Positions 53,100 through 64,000 of a stretch of DNA of 64,000 bases are shown piece by piece. The DNA comes from Octopus sinensis. Lineage: Eukaryota. Location: contig NC_043010.1 of the NCBI RefSeq assembly GCF_006345805.1, positions 15,314,001-15,378,000 of the forward strand, written 5' to 3'. The number at the start of each line of letters is the position of its first letter. Position 1 is the stretch's first letter. The position numbers were made by a program, and so were the translations under genes. The notes beneath the pieces are model-generated. The model saw only the letters and a list, made by a program, of their open reading frames with translations, did not search any database and was not told the origin of the DNA.

Positions 53100-54045
53100 A
53101 ACACATCACCACTGACACCACCACCACCACCACGAATAGGATCAAAATGACCACTACTATCACCACCACCATCACCACTACCACGAAGGTGACCAAGATG
53201 ACCACCACCACCATCACCACCACCACCACCACGAATATGATCAAAATGACCACTATCACCGCTACCATCACTACGAAGATGACCAAGATCACCTTCACCA
53301 CTACCACCACCACCACCACGAATATGATCACAATGACCACTACTATCACTGCCACCATTACCACTACCCCCACCACAAAGATGACCAAGATGGCCACTAC
53401 CACCACCACCACGACGAATATGATCACAATGACCACTACTATCACCGCCACCATCACCACTACCACGAAGGTGACCAAGATGACCACCACCACCACCACC
53501 ACCACCACCACCACCACCACGAATATGATCAAAACGACCACTACTATCACCGCTACCATCACCACAAAGATGACGAAGATCACCGCCGCCACCACGAATA
53601 TGATCACAATGACCTCCACTATCACCGCCACCATCACCACTACCACCACCACCACCACCACCACCACCACCACCACCACCACCACGAATATGATCACAAT
53701 GACCACTACTATCACCACCACCATCACCACTACCACCACCACAAAGATGACCAAGATGACCACTACCACCACCACCACCACCACCACGAATATGATCACA
53801 ATGACCACTACTATCACCGCCACCATCACCACTACCACCACCACCACCACAAAGATGACCAAGATGACCACTACCACCACCACCACCACCACCACGAATA
53901 TGATCACAATGACCACTACTATCACCGCCACCATCACCACTACCACCACCACAAAGATGACCAAGATGAACACTACCACTACCACTACCACCATCACCAC
54001 CACCATCACCACCACCGCCGTCGAGGCCGCCATCACCACCATACT
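53100..54045. repeat. Higher-order minisatellite built on (ACC)n
   Basis: Recurring blocks GAATATGATCACAATGACCACTACTATC and AAGATGACCAAGATGACC separated by variable (ACC)n. Confidence 0.9.
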
Positions 54046-54359
54046 TTTATCAGCGCTGTAACACTGGTATGGATTCAGCATTCTGTTATGATGAAGGTGG
54101 ATTATTTTGTTTATGTGTTTATATATTTATTTATTCATTGAATGTTTGTTTACATTAACTCTGGCTTGGGAGAGACATGAGAAGAGGTGATGTAATTTAT
54201 AAATGAATATAAGAACAACAGCAGCAGTGGCACCAGCAGCAGCAGCAGCAACAACAACAACAACAACTACAACAACAACAACAGTAGCTGGAATAGCAGA
54301 AAAAGCAACAACAAAAATAAATTTAAACGGTGTTGGTAATAACGTTTCAGTTAATGAAG

Positions 54360-54372
54360 GTGATGGTGGTGG

Positions 54373-54413
<41 letters not shown>

Positions 54414-54635
54414 CTGATGATGATGATGATGATGATGATGATGCTGATGATGATGATGATGATGATGACGATGATGATGAAGGCTATGATGATGATGAAG
54501 GCGATGATGATGATGTTGATGATGATGATGATGAAGGCGATGATGATGATGTTGATGATGATGATGATGATAATGATGCTGATGATGTTGATGATGATGA
54601 TGATGATGCTGCTGCTGCTGATGATGATGATGTTG
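54360..54635. repeat. (GAT)n tract
   Basis: Direct reading. Confidence 0.95.
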
Positions 54636-56402
54636 AGTGGAAATATGTCCTGGAATAACTTCGCAAATTCTCAACGTTAAACACTCCTCCGTCTAGCTAA
54701 TAACGATTCTATTGTTATTAGAATGGTGGATAAGGAGGGTACTATTGTAATTATGGACAAAAGTGTGTATATTCCGGCTTGTGAAGAAGTTTTAAGTTAC
54801 AAAACTTCAAATGAAGAATTACCTGTTGATCCAAACCCTGATTACAGAGAGGAACTTGACAAAATAATTCTGGAAATGGAGGAAAACAATTTCATTAACA
54901 AGGCCGAATCCAGGATTTTACGGTCAGAAAGAACACTGTATTTTATGGTCTCCCAAGATACATAAAAAATTCGAAAGATTCCCCCATTGCGGCCCAATTT
55001 GCAGCAGATATGAATGCTGTACAGATAATATTTCGGAGTGGCTGGATGGCTCTCTATTCCCTATCACAAAAAGATCAAGTTTCTATATTCGGGATACCTT
55101 TGATTTTTGTGTCTAAAATCAAAAACTTTTTTAAGCACCGAAGCCATGTCGAAAACTGCTTTTTGGTAAGCATGGATGTTTCTTCCTTATATCCCAATAC
55201 CGACCACGATGAAGGGGCAGAAGCATGCATGAATGCCTTCGTAAAACGGTCAAACGAAAGTATTCCATCAAAGTTTCTCTGTAAGTTATTGAGGTTTGTA
55301 TTACAAAGTAACGCAATGAAGTTTGGACAAAAATGTTACCACTAGATGAGCGGTTGCGCCATGGGTAACTCCATGGCACTTAATTTCGCTAATGTCTTCG
55401 TGACGAAATTCGAGACACTGTTGTTGAAGGCATTTAAATCCCTACATAGTTATGAACCAATACTCTGGTTACGGTCCATTGATGACGTCTTTTTTGTTTA
55501 GGAAGGATCAGAGGATAGTTGAATTGACTGCTTGTATTTCTGTTACTGCTATGCTAGAAATTATGGCTTTAAGTCCAACATGAAATTTACGTTTAGTTTT
55601 TCAAAAACTAGCGTTGAATTTTTGGACACAAAAGTTAAATTTTCCGGAGGCAGAATAGTGACAGAGTTATTTTCCAAGCCCACATCATCCCACATTTACC
55701 TCTACCGCCGCTCCAATAATCCACATCATATTATTTGGTCAAATCTGAAATCCCAATTTTTGAGGATAAAAAGGATTTGTACTGACATAGGGGATTACTG
55801 GAAACATGCAAATGCCTTTGTACCCCAATATGTCAAACGCGTTTACAGTGAATCACGATTGAAGGAAATAGCAAATGACATAGCTAAGATTAGCAAAGGA
55901 AGTCAAACCTTCACGCATAATTTTAGCCAACACAGTACAATATGTGACAGAATTCCTTTAGAGATTAACTGGTACAGAAATTTCGCTGGCATTTCAAAAG
56001 TGTTGCATGAAAGTTATCAGCATGTTACAAAAAAATAACTCCGTTTCAAACAAATATTTCCTCAGCCACCGATCGTAGCCTTTAGACAGAAAAAAAAATA
56101 AGAAAAACTATTAACCTCTACTTCTGACTCCAAGTAAACTAACATTGGAGTATCTGCACGCTGTACTTAGAAAAACAACTGCAAAACAGGTAAGCCCTGT
56201 TCATTGTGCAACATGAGTCAAGTGAATTCCATCAAGAATCATAACAGAAATGTTATGATTTATACAGAATGCGGGACATGTAGAGATTCCCGTTTGGTGT
56301 ACTCAACAGAGTGCATGAAACACAATCTGATCGGTTGTACAACAGAACAATTAAACAAAATATATTCAATGGGCACAGATATGATGCCAGGCACAATAAT
56401 AG

Positions 56403-56788
56403 GTGGAAGCACTCCATCGGTTACGACGACGAGGGTTCCGGTTGATCCGAATCAACGGAACAGCCTGCTCGTGAAATTAACATGTAAGTGGCTGAGCACT
56501 CCACAGACACGTGTACCCTTAACGTAGTTCTCGGGGATATTCAGCGTGACACAGAGAGTGACAAGACCGGCCCTTTGAAATACAGGTACAACAGAAACAG
56601 GAAGTAAGAGTTAGAGAAAGTTGTGGTGAAAGAATACAGCAGGGATCACCACCACCCCCTGCCGGAGCCTCGTGGAGCTTTTAGGTGTTTTCGCTCAATA
56701 AACACTCACAACGCCCGGTCTGGGAATCGAAACCGCGATCCTACGACCGCGAGTCCGCTGCCCTAACCACTGGGCCATTGCGCCTCCA
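56403..56788 (-). mobile_element. SINE family B inserted in the GIY-YIG region, 11-bp TSD
   Basis: TSD CACAATAATAG at 56392-56402 and 56789-56799. Confidence 0.93.
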
Positions 56789-57231
56789 CACAATAATAGA
56801 TAACAGTAATTCGACAGAACTTGCCGAACATTTTGCATCAAATGGCTGCAATTCCGGAAAAGACTTGAAAGTGCATATTATCAGAAAATATTCTGAACTT
56901 GCTATACTTTCAGGACTCAAAATGTACGAGGAGAAATATTTTTACGGGTGAATTATTAACGTCAGGCCCAGGAGGAATGAATAAAACGGCAGGAGAAGGA
57001 TTTCATCAAATTTACACAGAACTGTTTGAGTAAATATTCTTCTTGTTTTTCCTTTTTTTTTTACTTTTCTTTTCTTTTTTTCTCTTTTTTCTTTCTTTTT
57101 CTTTTCGCCAGTTGTAAAATTGAACTTTCAAGACTGATGATGTCATTACAGTAAAGTGTGGACGCTGGTTGCTCTCGTTCATATTTTGGATTTGAATTTC
57201 TATAATTTTGAATTTTTATCATTTTTTCATT

Positions 57232-57274
57232 TTGAACTTGACAAAGACAGGCTAGCTGTTGAAATATCGTTCAA
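57232..57274 (+). ncRNA. Minimal type-I hammerhead with U3-A8 covariation
   Basis: TTGAAC-TTGACAA-A-GACAG gctag CTGTT-GAA-ATAT-C-GTTCAA; 6-bp stem I, palindromic stem III, AUC site. Confidence 0.75.
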
Positions 57275-57368
57275 CCGATAAAATATCTATTGCAATCGCA
57301 TCGCGCTCTTCATTTTGTCTATTTGCCTTTGTAAAGAGTTACGTTAATTCTTTTACATAATAATAATA

Positions 57369-57422
<54 letters not shown>

Positions 57423-57451
57423 TAATAATAATAATGATGATGATGATGATC

Positions 57452-57487
<36 letters not shown>

Positions 57488-57524
57488 AATAATAATAATA
57501 ATAATAATAATAATAATTAATAAT

Positions 57525-58081
57525 AAATGCCCTGATGCAGTACCAGGCAGTGGCTCTCGTGGCTTCTGATCTTAACTGATTGGAAGTGTTATCATGTACA
57601 TTGTTTTGTCTTGGTATTAAAGATGGGCTACAGCAAATATTCTACTCAATACCACAGATTTGCTTGTCAGTTGTTTGACCTTAACCAGTTGACCATGTCC
57701 CTTAGTGGCTGACGATATGTACATCTCTGATCACGAGCAGAAGTAGTGGGGGAGCATCATGGCCGTATGTTGAAAGGAATTCTTGGAGGTTTGAATGATT
57801 CACCTTTGGAAACATGGGTGGTTCGTTCAACATCCTTAAACAACCCTTATTCAGAGACCTTTGAGCGGGATGGGCTGCTCAACCAGAAGAAAATTCTAAT
57901 TGGGCCCCACTTGTAAGGTCATGTACTGTTTATCTTGATATGAGATCACCATGTCGTGCATATATGGTTGTGATGCATGTGCCTGGTGTACCCTTATCAG
58001 ACAGGAAGTCATGATGTGTGTACCGGGCTTCGTATATTTTACCCCAGTGTCACTTTGATGGCATGCACTGCTCTCTCACTC
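57525..58081. mobile_element. 557-bp non-coding element with (TAA)n on both sides, class unknown
   Basis: Complex sequence with sharp borders inside a (TAA)n array; no ORF, tRNA head or TIR seen. Confidence 0.5.
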
Positions 58082-58479
58082 AATAATAATAATAACAGCA
58101 ACAACTAAAACAACAACAATAACTAGGCAAATGGACGTGAAGTTGCAGAAGTGATAGAAGCACGTAAAAAACACGGTACATGACAGTGATGTGGTTTAAA
58201 TAATTTGGAACATGCTTGTCAATCTTGACAAGCAGATCAAGGCAAACGGGCCCGATATGATTATCAGGCACGGGAATGAATATCTGTCCTCATATAGACA
58301 ATTATATGCCCTTCTGATCAAAACATCGTTCAGAACAAAATGGAGAATCAGTCAAGAAATAGGGGATCTTGAATTAGATTGTGATTATGGTAGTGGTGGT
58401 GGTGGTGGTGGGGAAAAGAAACAGCAAAACACTATCAGCAACAATAATTTTAGTACTTTCCGCTATAGGCACGAGGCCT

Positions 58480-58670
58480 GGAATCTTGGGGGCTAGAGGT
58501 AGTCGATTACATCGACCCCATCGCGCTCGCAACTGGTACATATTTTATCGAAACACCAAAAAGAAGAAAAGCAAAGTCGACCCCGGTCGAAACTGAACTC
58601 AGAACGTAAAAAACGGACGAAATGCCGATGAGCAATTTTCCCGGCATGCTAACGATTCTGCTAGCCTACC
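58480..58670 (-). mobile_element. SINE family C, diverged
   Basis: AAAGTCGACC...AACTCAGAACGTA...GCTAACGATTCTGC. Confidence 0.75.
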
Positions 58671-58994
58671 ACTTTACCACCATCACCACCACCACCAACA
58701 CCAATACTACCACCACCACCACCACCACCACCACCACCACCACCACCAATACCACCACCACCACCACTACCAATACCACCAATACCACCACCACCACCAC
58801 CACCATCATCACCACCACCACACCACCACCACCACCACCACCACCATCACCACCACCACCATGTGTGTGTGTGTGTGTATACACATGGGCGCACACACAT
58901 GTATATGTGGTCTACGTTGAATGTGTCACTTTCAGTTTCAAAAGAAAAACAATAATTAACCTGTATTGAGTTCTCCTCTCCCGTTCGTCCGACA

Positions 58995-59742
58995 CAATTC
59001 AAAGTTCTCTCTCTTTTTCTTTCCGTCTTTATTTTCTTCTCTCACATACGCGCGCACACTTCACATACATACATACATACACACACACATACATACACAT
59101 ACATACATACATACATACATACATACATACATACATACACACATACGTACATACACACATACATACATGCACACATACATACATACATACAACACACACA
59201 TACATACATACATACACACATACATACATACACACACACACATACATACATACATACACACACATACATACATACATACATACATACATACATACACACA
59301 TACGTACATAAACACATACATACATAAATACATACATACATACACACACATACATACATACATAATACACACATACGTACATACACACATACATACATAC
59401 ATAAATACATACATACACATACACACATACATACATACATACATACATATATACACACATACATACATACACACACATACATACATACATACACACACAT
59501 ACATAAATACATACATATATACATACATACATACACATATACATACATGCATACATACATACATACATACACACACATACACACACATACATACATACAC
59601 ACATGCACACACATAAATACATACATACATACATGCACACATACATACACACATACATACATACACATACATACATATATACATACACACACATACATAC
59701 ATACATACATACATACATACATACACATACACACACACACAC
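58995..59742. repeat. (TACA)n/(CA)n microsatellite
   Basis: Direct reading; similar tracts at 61250-61890 and 63220-63480. Confidence 0.95.
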
Positions 59743-60346
59743 ATCCGTTCACCCACTACAGAAGCGGCCCCTACACAAATCTGGCAGTACTACCGTGGGA
59801 TAGCGCCGGTGAAATCTGAAGGTGGACCAGCTTTATACTTTGCTACGTTCTTAACAGAATATAAACCTAACTGTGAAGATGTATGGGTGTGAGTCTGCGT
59901 GGGTGTGGCATACATACATACATTCATTCATTCATACATACATATATATATATACACACACACATACACGTCCACACACATACAAATACACACACATACT
60001 CTCACAGATACGCACACATTTACGTACACATGCGTGCGTTTGGGTAATCAGTAAGAGATGTCACTGAATGACACCAGGTGTCACTAGGTTTGTCTAAAAG
60101 AAAGAACGGCAGAAATGTAGAGAGAAAGGGGGGAGAGGGAGAGAAGGAGAGAGAGGTACAGGGAGAGGATGACGGTGTTAAGGAGAAAATGACAAAGGGG
60201 GAATGAGATAGAAAATAACAATTGAAAGGGTTCGGTACAGACCCTTTATTTCTTAGCTGATGAAAAGGTGAAGTTCTGTAATAAGGAGTGAGGATGTTAA
60301 TTGCACGTTTGTAGGAGACGTCAGGTGTATGCTTGTTACAGGTATG

Positions 60347-60790
60347 GGATCTTTTCGGTTTGAACAGCAGTTTTTAACATAATTTCTAGGTAACTTTAAA
60401 CACTTTTAAACTTTGTGTACTGGTAGAATGTGTTTATAAAACATCTTTTTCTCTTGGCTTTATTGAGAAAATTCTATAGTTTGTAAGATATTTGTGGGAT
60501 TTTTTTCTTCAATTTCTGCAATTTCAACCAATCACTGACGTCTATTGAGGTAAAAAAAACATTCTGTGCCTTATGAATATGTCCCACGTTTAAGAAACAG
60601 ATTGGGTTTATTTACATTTGTGAAGAAAAAAAGATACCCTTCCCACCACCCCTAACCCTAACCCTAGCCTTAACTAAACCAAATCCTAAAACAGATTGAA
60701 ATGCAATAGATCGATACTAGGGTTATAATTAAGGGTAACAGTTTCATATGACACCGCTAGAAAAAACTGCCGTTCAAACCGAAAAGATCC
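60347..60790. mobile_element. MITE, same family as 34074, opposite orientation
   Basis: Same TIRs; internal CCCTAA repeats. Confidence 0.9.
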
Positions 60791-60814
60791 TCTGCTTGTT
60801 ACAGGTATGTTGTT

Positions 60815-61190
60815 ACAGTCATTAGACTGCGGCCACGCTGGGGCACCGCTTTTAAAGAATTTGTAGTCGAGTAAACCGACATCGGTACTTATTTGTTTGT
60901 AGTTTCTACAGATCGCTTTTTGCCGAACCTAAGCTACAGGGGCGTAAACACACCAACACCGGTTGTCAAGAGGTGTTGGGGACCAAACACCGACACGAGC
61001 ACACTCTCTCTCACGCGCGAGCGCGCGCGACAGGTTTCTTTCAGTTTCCGTTTTCCAAATCCACTCACAAGTCTTTGTTCAGCCCGAGGCTATAGATGAA
61101 AACACTTGCTCAAGGTGCCACGCTGTGGGACTGAACCCGGAACCATGTGATCGGGAAATGAGCTTCTTACCATATAGCGATGCCTGCGCC
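60815..61190 (-). mobile_element. SINE family A, diverged
   Basis: Tail and head recognisable. Confidence 0.8.
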
Positions 61191-62574
61191 TCAAGCTGCT
61201 AAGCGGTGCTGGGGGACAAACAGCACAAATACAGACACGAACACATAGATATAGATACATATATACATACATACGTACACACTTAGATATATTCATACAT
61301 ACATACATACATACATACATACATACATACGTACACACACATACATACATGCATTCATACATACATACATATATACATACATACATAATACATACATGCA
61401 TACATACATACATACATACATACATGCATTCATACATACATACATATATACATACATACATATATACATATATACATACATGCATACATACATACATACA
61501 TTCATACATACATAGTCATACATACATACATACATACATACATACATACATACATACATACATACATACATTCATACATACATACATACATACATACATA
61601 CATACATACATTCATACATACATACATACATTCATACATACATACATACATACATACATACATACATACATACATACATACATTCATACATACATACATA
61701 CATTCATACATACATACATACATACATACATACATTCATACATACATTCATACATACATACATACGTACATTCATACATACATAGTCATACATACATACA
61801 TACATACATACATACATACATACATACATACATACATACATACATACATACATTCATACACACATTCATACATACATACATACATACATACAAGGAATTG
61901 GTGGGTCCGATATTATAGCAGAAGGCCCTTGCTTAAGGTGCCCAATGTGCCCAAGGTGCCTATAGTGGAAGACTGAACCTAAGGTCTTTACACACACATA
62001 TAGATATACATACACACAAATAGACAGTCAGACAGGCAGATACACAGACAGACAGACCGATAGACAGACCGACAGACCTATATACAAACACATACTGTTC
62101 TAATGCACATATAATTATATATGCTGTTTAAACACAGTCACATAAAATGTTATGTCGATGTAGACATAACATTTCCTGGACCGTGAGCTTTATCAGGTTT
62201 CATGTAAGCGTGCAATCATCAGCGAGGCGGAAAGAATTTAGTGGGCTGATAAATTTATTTTGTTCAGGTGGAAGGATCTAATTTTTCAAACCGTAGGTGT
62301 GTCAGATTGAAGTTCAGCATTTAATGAAAGAATATAAGCAGTGAAGTTGAAATTTTTAGGTATCAGAACCGTAATTTATATTATATCACTTCGCAAAATA
62401 CACGTAAACACATAAACACGCACACATTCTTCCGCTTCCCTTTTCAAAAATATGCATATTCAAGGCGGTGCTCCAGCATGGCCGCTGTCTAATAACTGGA
62501 ACAAGTAAAAGATATGAAAGATGGTATATACGTATGCGTTCATACACATACGTGTGAATATATATCGGACTTGC

Positions 62575-62757
62575 GGTCGGAGGATCGTGGTTTCGATTCC
62601 CAGACCGGGCGTTGTGTGTGTTTATTGAGCGAAAACACCTAAAAAGCTCCACGAGGCTCCGGCAGGGGATGGTGGTGATCCCTGCTGTACTCTTTCACCA
62701 CTCTAAAGGCGGTGCTCCAGCATGGCCGCAGTCAAATGACTGAAACAAGTACAAAAA
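62575..62757 (+). mobile_element. Chimeric SINE: family B head/body joined to family A tail
   Basis: ...CTGTACTCTTTCACCACTCT|AAAGGCGGTGCTCCAGCATGGCCGCAGTC...poly(A). Confidence 0.75.
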
Positions 62758-62825
62758 AAAAAAAAACAAATAGATAGATTATATATATATATACGATACA
62801 TACATACATACATACATACATACAC

Positions 62826-63218
62826 ACTCTTTTACTGTTTTACTTGTTTCAGTCATTTGACTGTGGCCGTGCTGGAGCACCACCTTTAGTCGAACAAATC
62901 GGCCCCAGGACTTAGTCTTTAGAAGCCTAGTACTTATTCAATCGGTCTCTTTTGCCGAACCACTAAGTTATGGGGACGTAAACACACCAGCATCGGTTGT
63001 CAAGCGATGTTGGGGCGACAAACACAGACACACATACATATATATATATATATATACATATATATGACGGGCTTCTTTCAGTTTCCGTCTACCAAATCTA
63101 CTCACAAGGCTTTGGTCGGCCCGAGGTTATAGTAGAAGACACTTGCCCAAGGTGCCACACAGTGGGACTGAACCCGGAACCATGTGGTTGGTAAGCAAGC
63201 TACTTACCACTCAGCCAC
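62826..63218 (-). mobile_element. SINE family A
   Basis: Near full length. Confidence 0.9.
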
Positions 63219-63451
63219 TCACATACATACATACATACATACATACAAACATACATACATACATACATACATACATACATACATACACAGATACATACAT
63301 ACATACATACACAGATACATACATACATACATACATACATACATACATACATACATACATACATACATACATACATACGTTCGTACGTACGTACATACAT
63401 ACATAAATACATACATACATACATACACACACACATACATACATACATACA

Positions 63452-63482
<31 letters not shown>

Positions 63483-63483
<1 letters not shown>

Positions 63484-63712
63484 AGAGGTCTGGTTCAAAA
63501 CATCGAGAGTAGTGTTACAAAAAGGAAACTACAATACCTATCAGTCTAGCATTTAATCCTCTTCAAAGAAATTCCCTTCTGAAGCCATTGATGGAAGCAT
63601 TCCTGGAACTCCACTTTTGGCGATAAGGAGAAGCTGCCCCGTCGCATCCCTCTTGGATTTGCTCGACGTTTTGAAATCTTGATTTGAAGTGGAATTTGAT
63701 GTCTGGGAATGA
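63483..63712 (-). mobile_element. mariner-family transposon 3' remnant
   Basis: PKVEFQECFHQWLQKGISLK resembles the mariner transposase C-terminus; TIR-like end AGAGGTCTGGTTCAAAA. Confidence 0.55.
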
Positions 63713-63850
63713 CGTCACGTGGATTAGTGGTTAGGGTATTCGGTTCACGATCGTAAGGTCGCGAGTTCAATTTCTGGTGACGCGTTGTATCCTTCAGCAA
63801 GACACTTTATTTCACGTTGCTCCAGTAAACTCAGTTGGCAAAAATGAGTA
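63712..63850 (+). mobile_element. SINE family D, 5' part
   Basis: TAGTGGTTAGGG...GAGTTCAATT head; CAAGACACTTTATTTCACGTTGCTCCAG. Confidence 0.8.
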
Positions 63851-63884
63851 GTATATTATTACAATACTCATTGTAATAATATAT

Positions 63885-64000
63885 ATTTCTTTACTACCCA
63901 CAAGGGGCTAAACATAGAGGGGACAAACAAGGACAGACATAGGTATTAAATCGATTACATCGACCCCAGTGCGTAACTGGTACTTAATTTATCGACCCCC
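63885..64000 (-). mobile_element. SINE family C, 3' part (cut by window end)
   Basis: Tail and body match family C. Confidence 0.88.

Larger units (their letters stand above)
54690..57335 (+). mobile_element. Penelope-like retroelement (RT plus GIY-YIG), 5'-truncated and decayed, HHR in 3' end
   Basis: DKEGTIVIMDK, FYGLPKIHK..PLRPICS, LVSMDVSSLYPN, GCAMGNSMA..FANVF, WLRSIDDVF, VEFLDTKV, SQFLRIKRIC, LVYSTEC..IGCT, ELAEHF; stops and frameshifts. Confidence 0.92.

Noticed and set aside
54203-54680. Reflectin-like or acidic protein (Met/Asp-rich ORFs)
   Set aside because: Pure (GAT)n; no Tyr/Arg/Pro-containing reflectin motif.
57134-57175. CTGATGA upstream of the Penelope hammerhead as a second ribozyme
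   Set aside because: No GAAA box after the GTC/GAC hairpin, and stem I spacing is wrong.
57525-57600. HDV-like ribozyme at the start of the (TAA)-flanked element
   Set aside because: Helix order does not fit the nested double pseudoknot; only a simple hairpin is visible.

Overview
Animal genomic DNA, most likely an octopus or other coleoid cephalopod. This is inferred from the extreme microsatellite load and the recurrent tRNA-headed SINE families; no species marker is visible. No intact host protein-coding gene can be supported. The window is a mosaic of microsatellites [(TA)n, (TACA)n, (TCTA)n, (CAT)n, (CCA)n, (TAA)n], about 30 tRNA-derived SINE copies with four head types and shuffled tails, and decayed retroelements (CR1 x2, RTE x2 plus a bipartite RTE-like derivative, R4/Dong-like x2, Tx1/L1-like x2, HERO-like, one Penelope-like element with RT and GIY-YIG). 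It also holds Tc1 and mariner remnants, MITEs, a head-to-tail Helitron concatemer, a D-arm-deleted tRNA-Glu and a 100-N gap. The most notable hidden layer is RNA structure: at least 12 type-I hammerhead ribozyme (HHR) motifs from about 7 unrelated sequence families. The best is a fully canonical HHR at 5730-5789 at the tip of a rod-like 316-bp unit bounded by 56-bp direct repeats, the layout expected of a genomic retrozyme (cDNA copy of a viroid-like circular RNA). Others include a U3-A8 covariant HHR in the Penelope 3' end, two HHRs inside a near-perfect 337-bp palindrome, and a repeat family with a U6 core variant. All helices were paired by eye; no folding software or database search was run.
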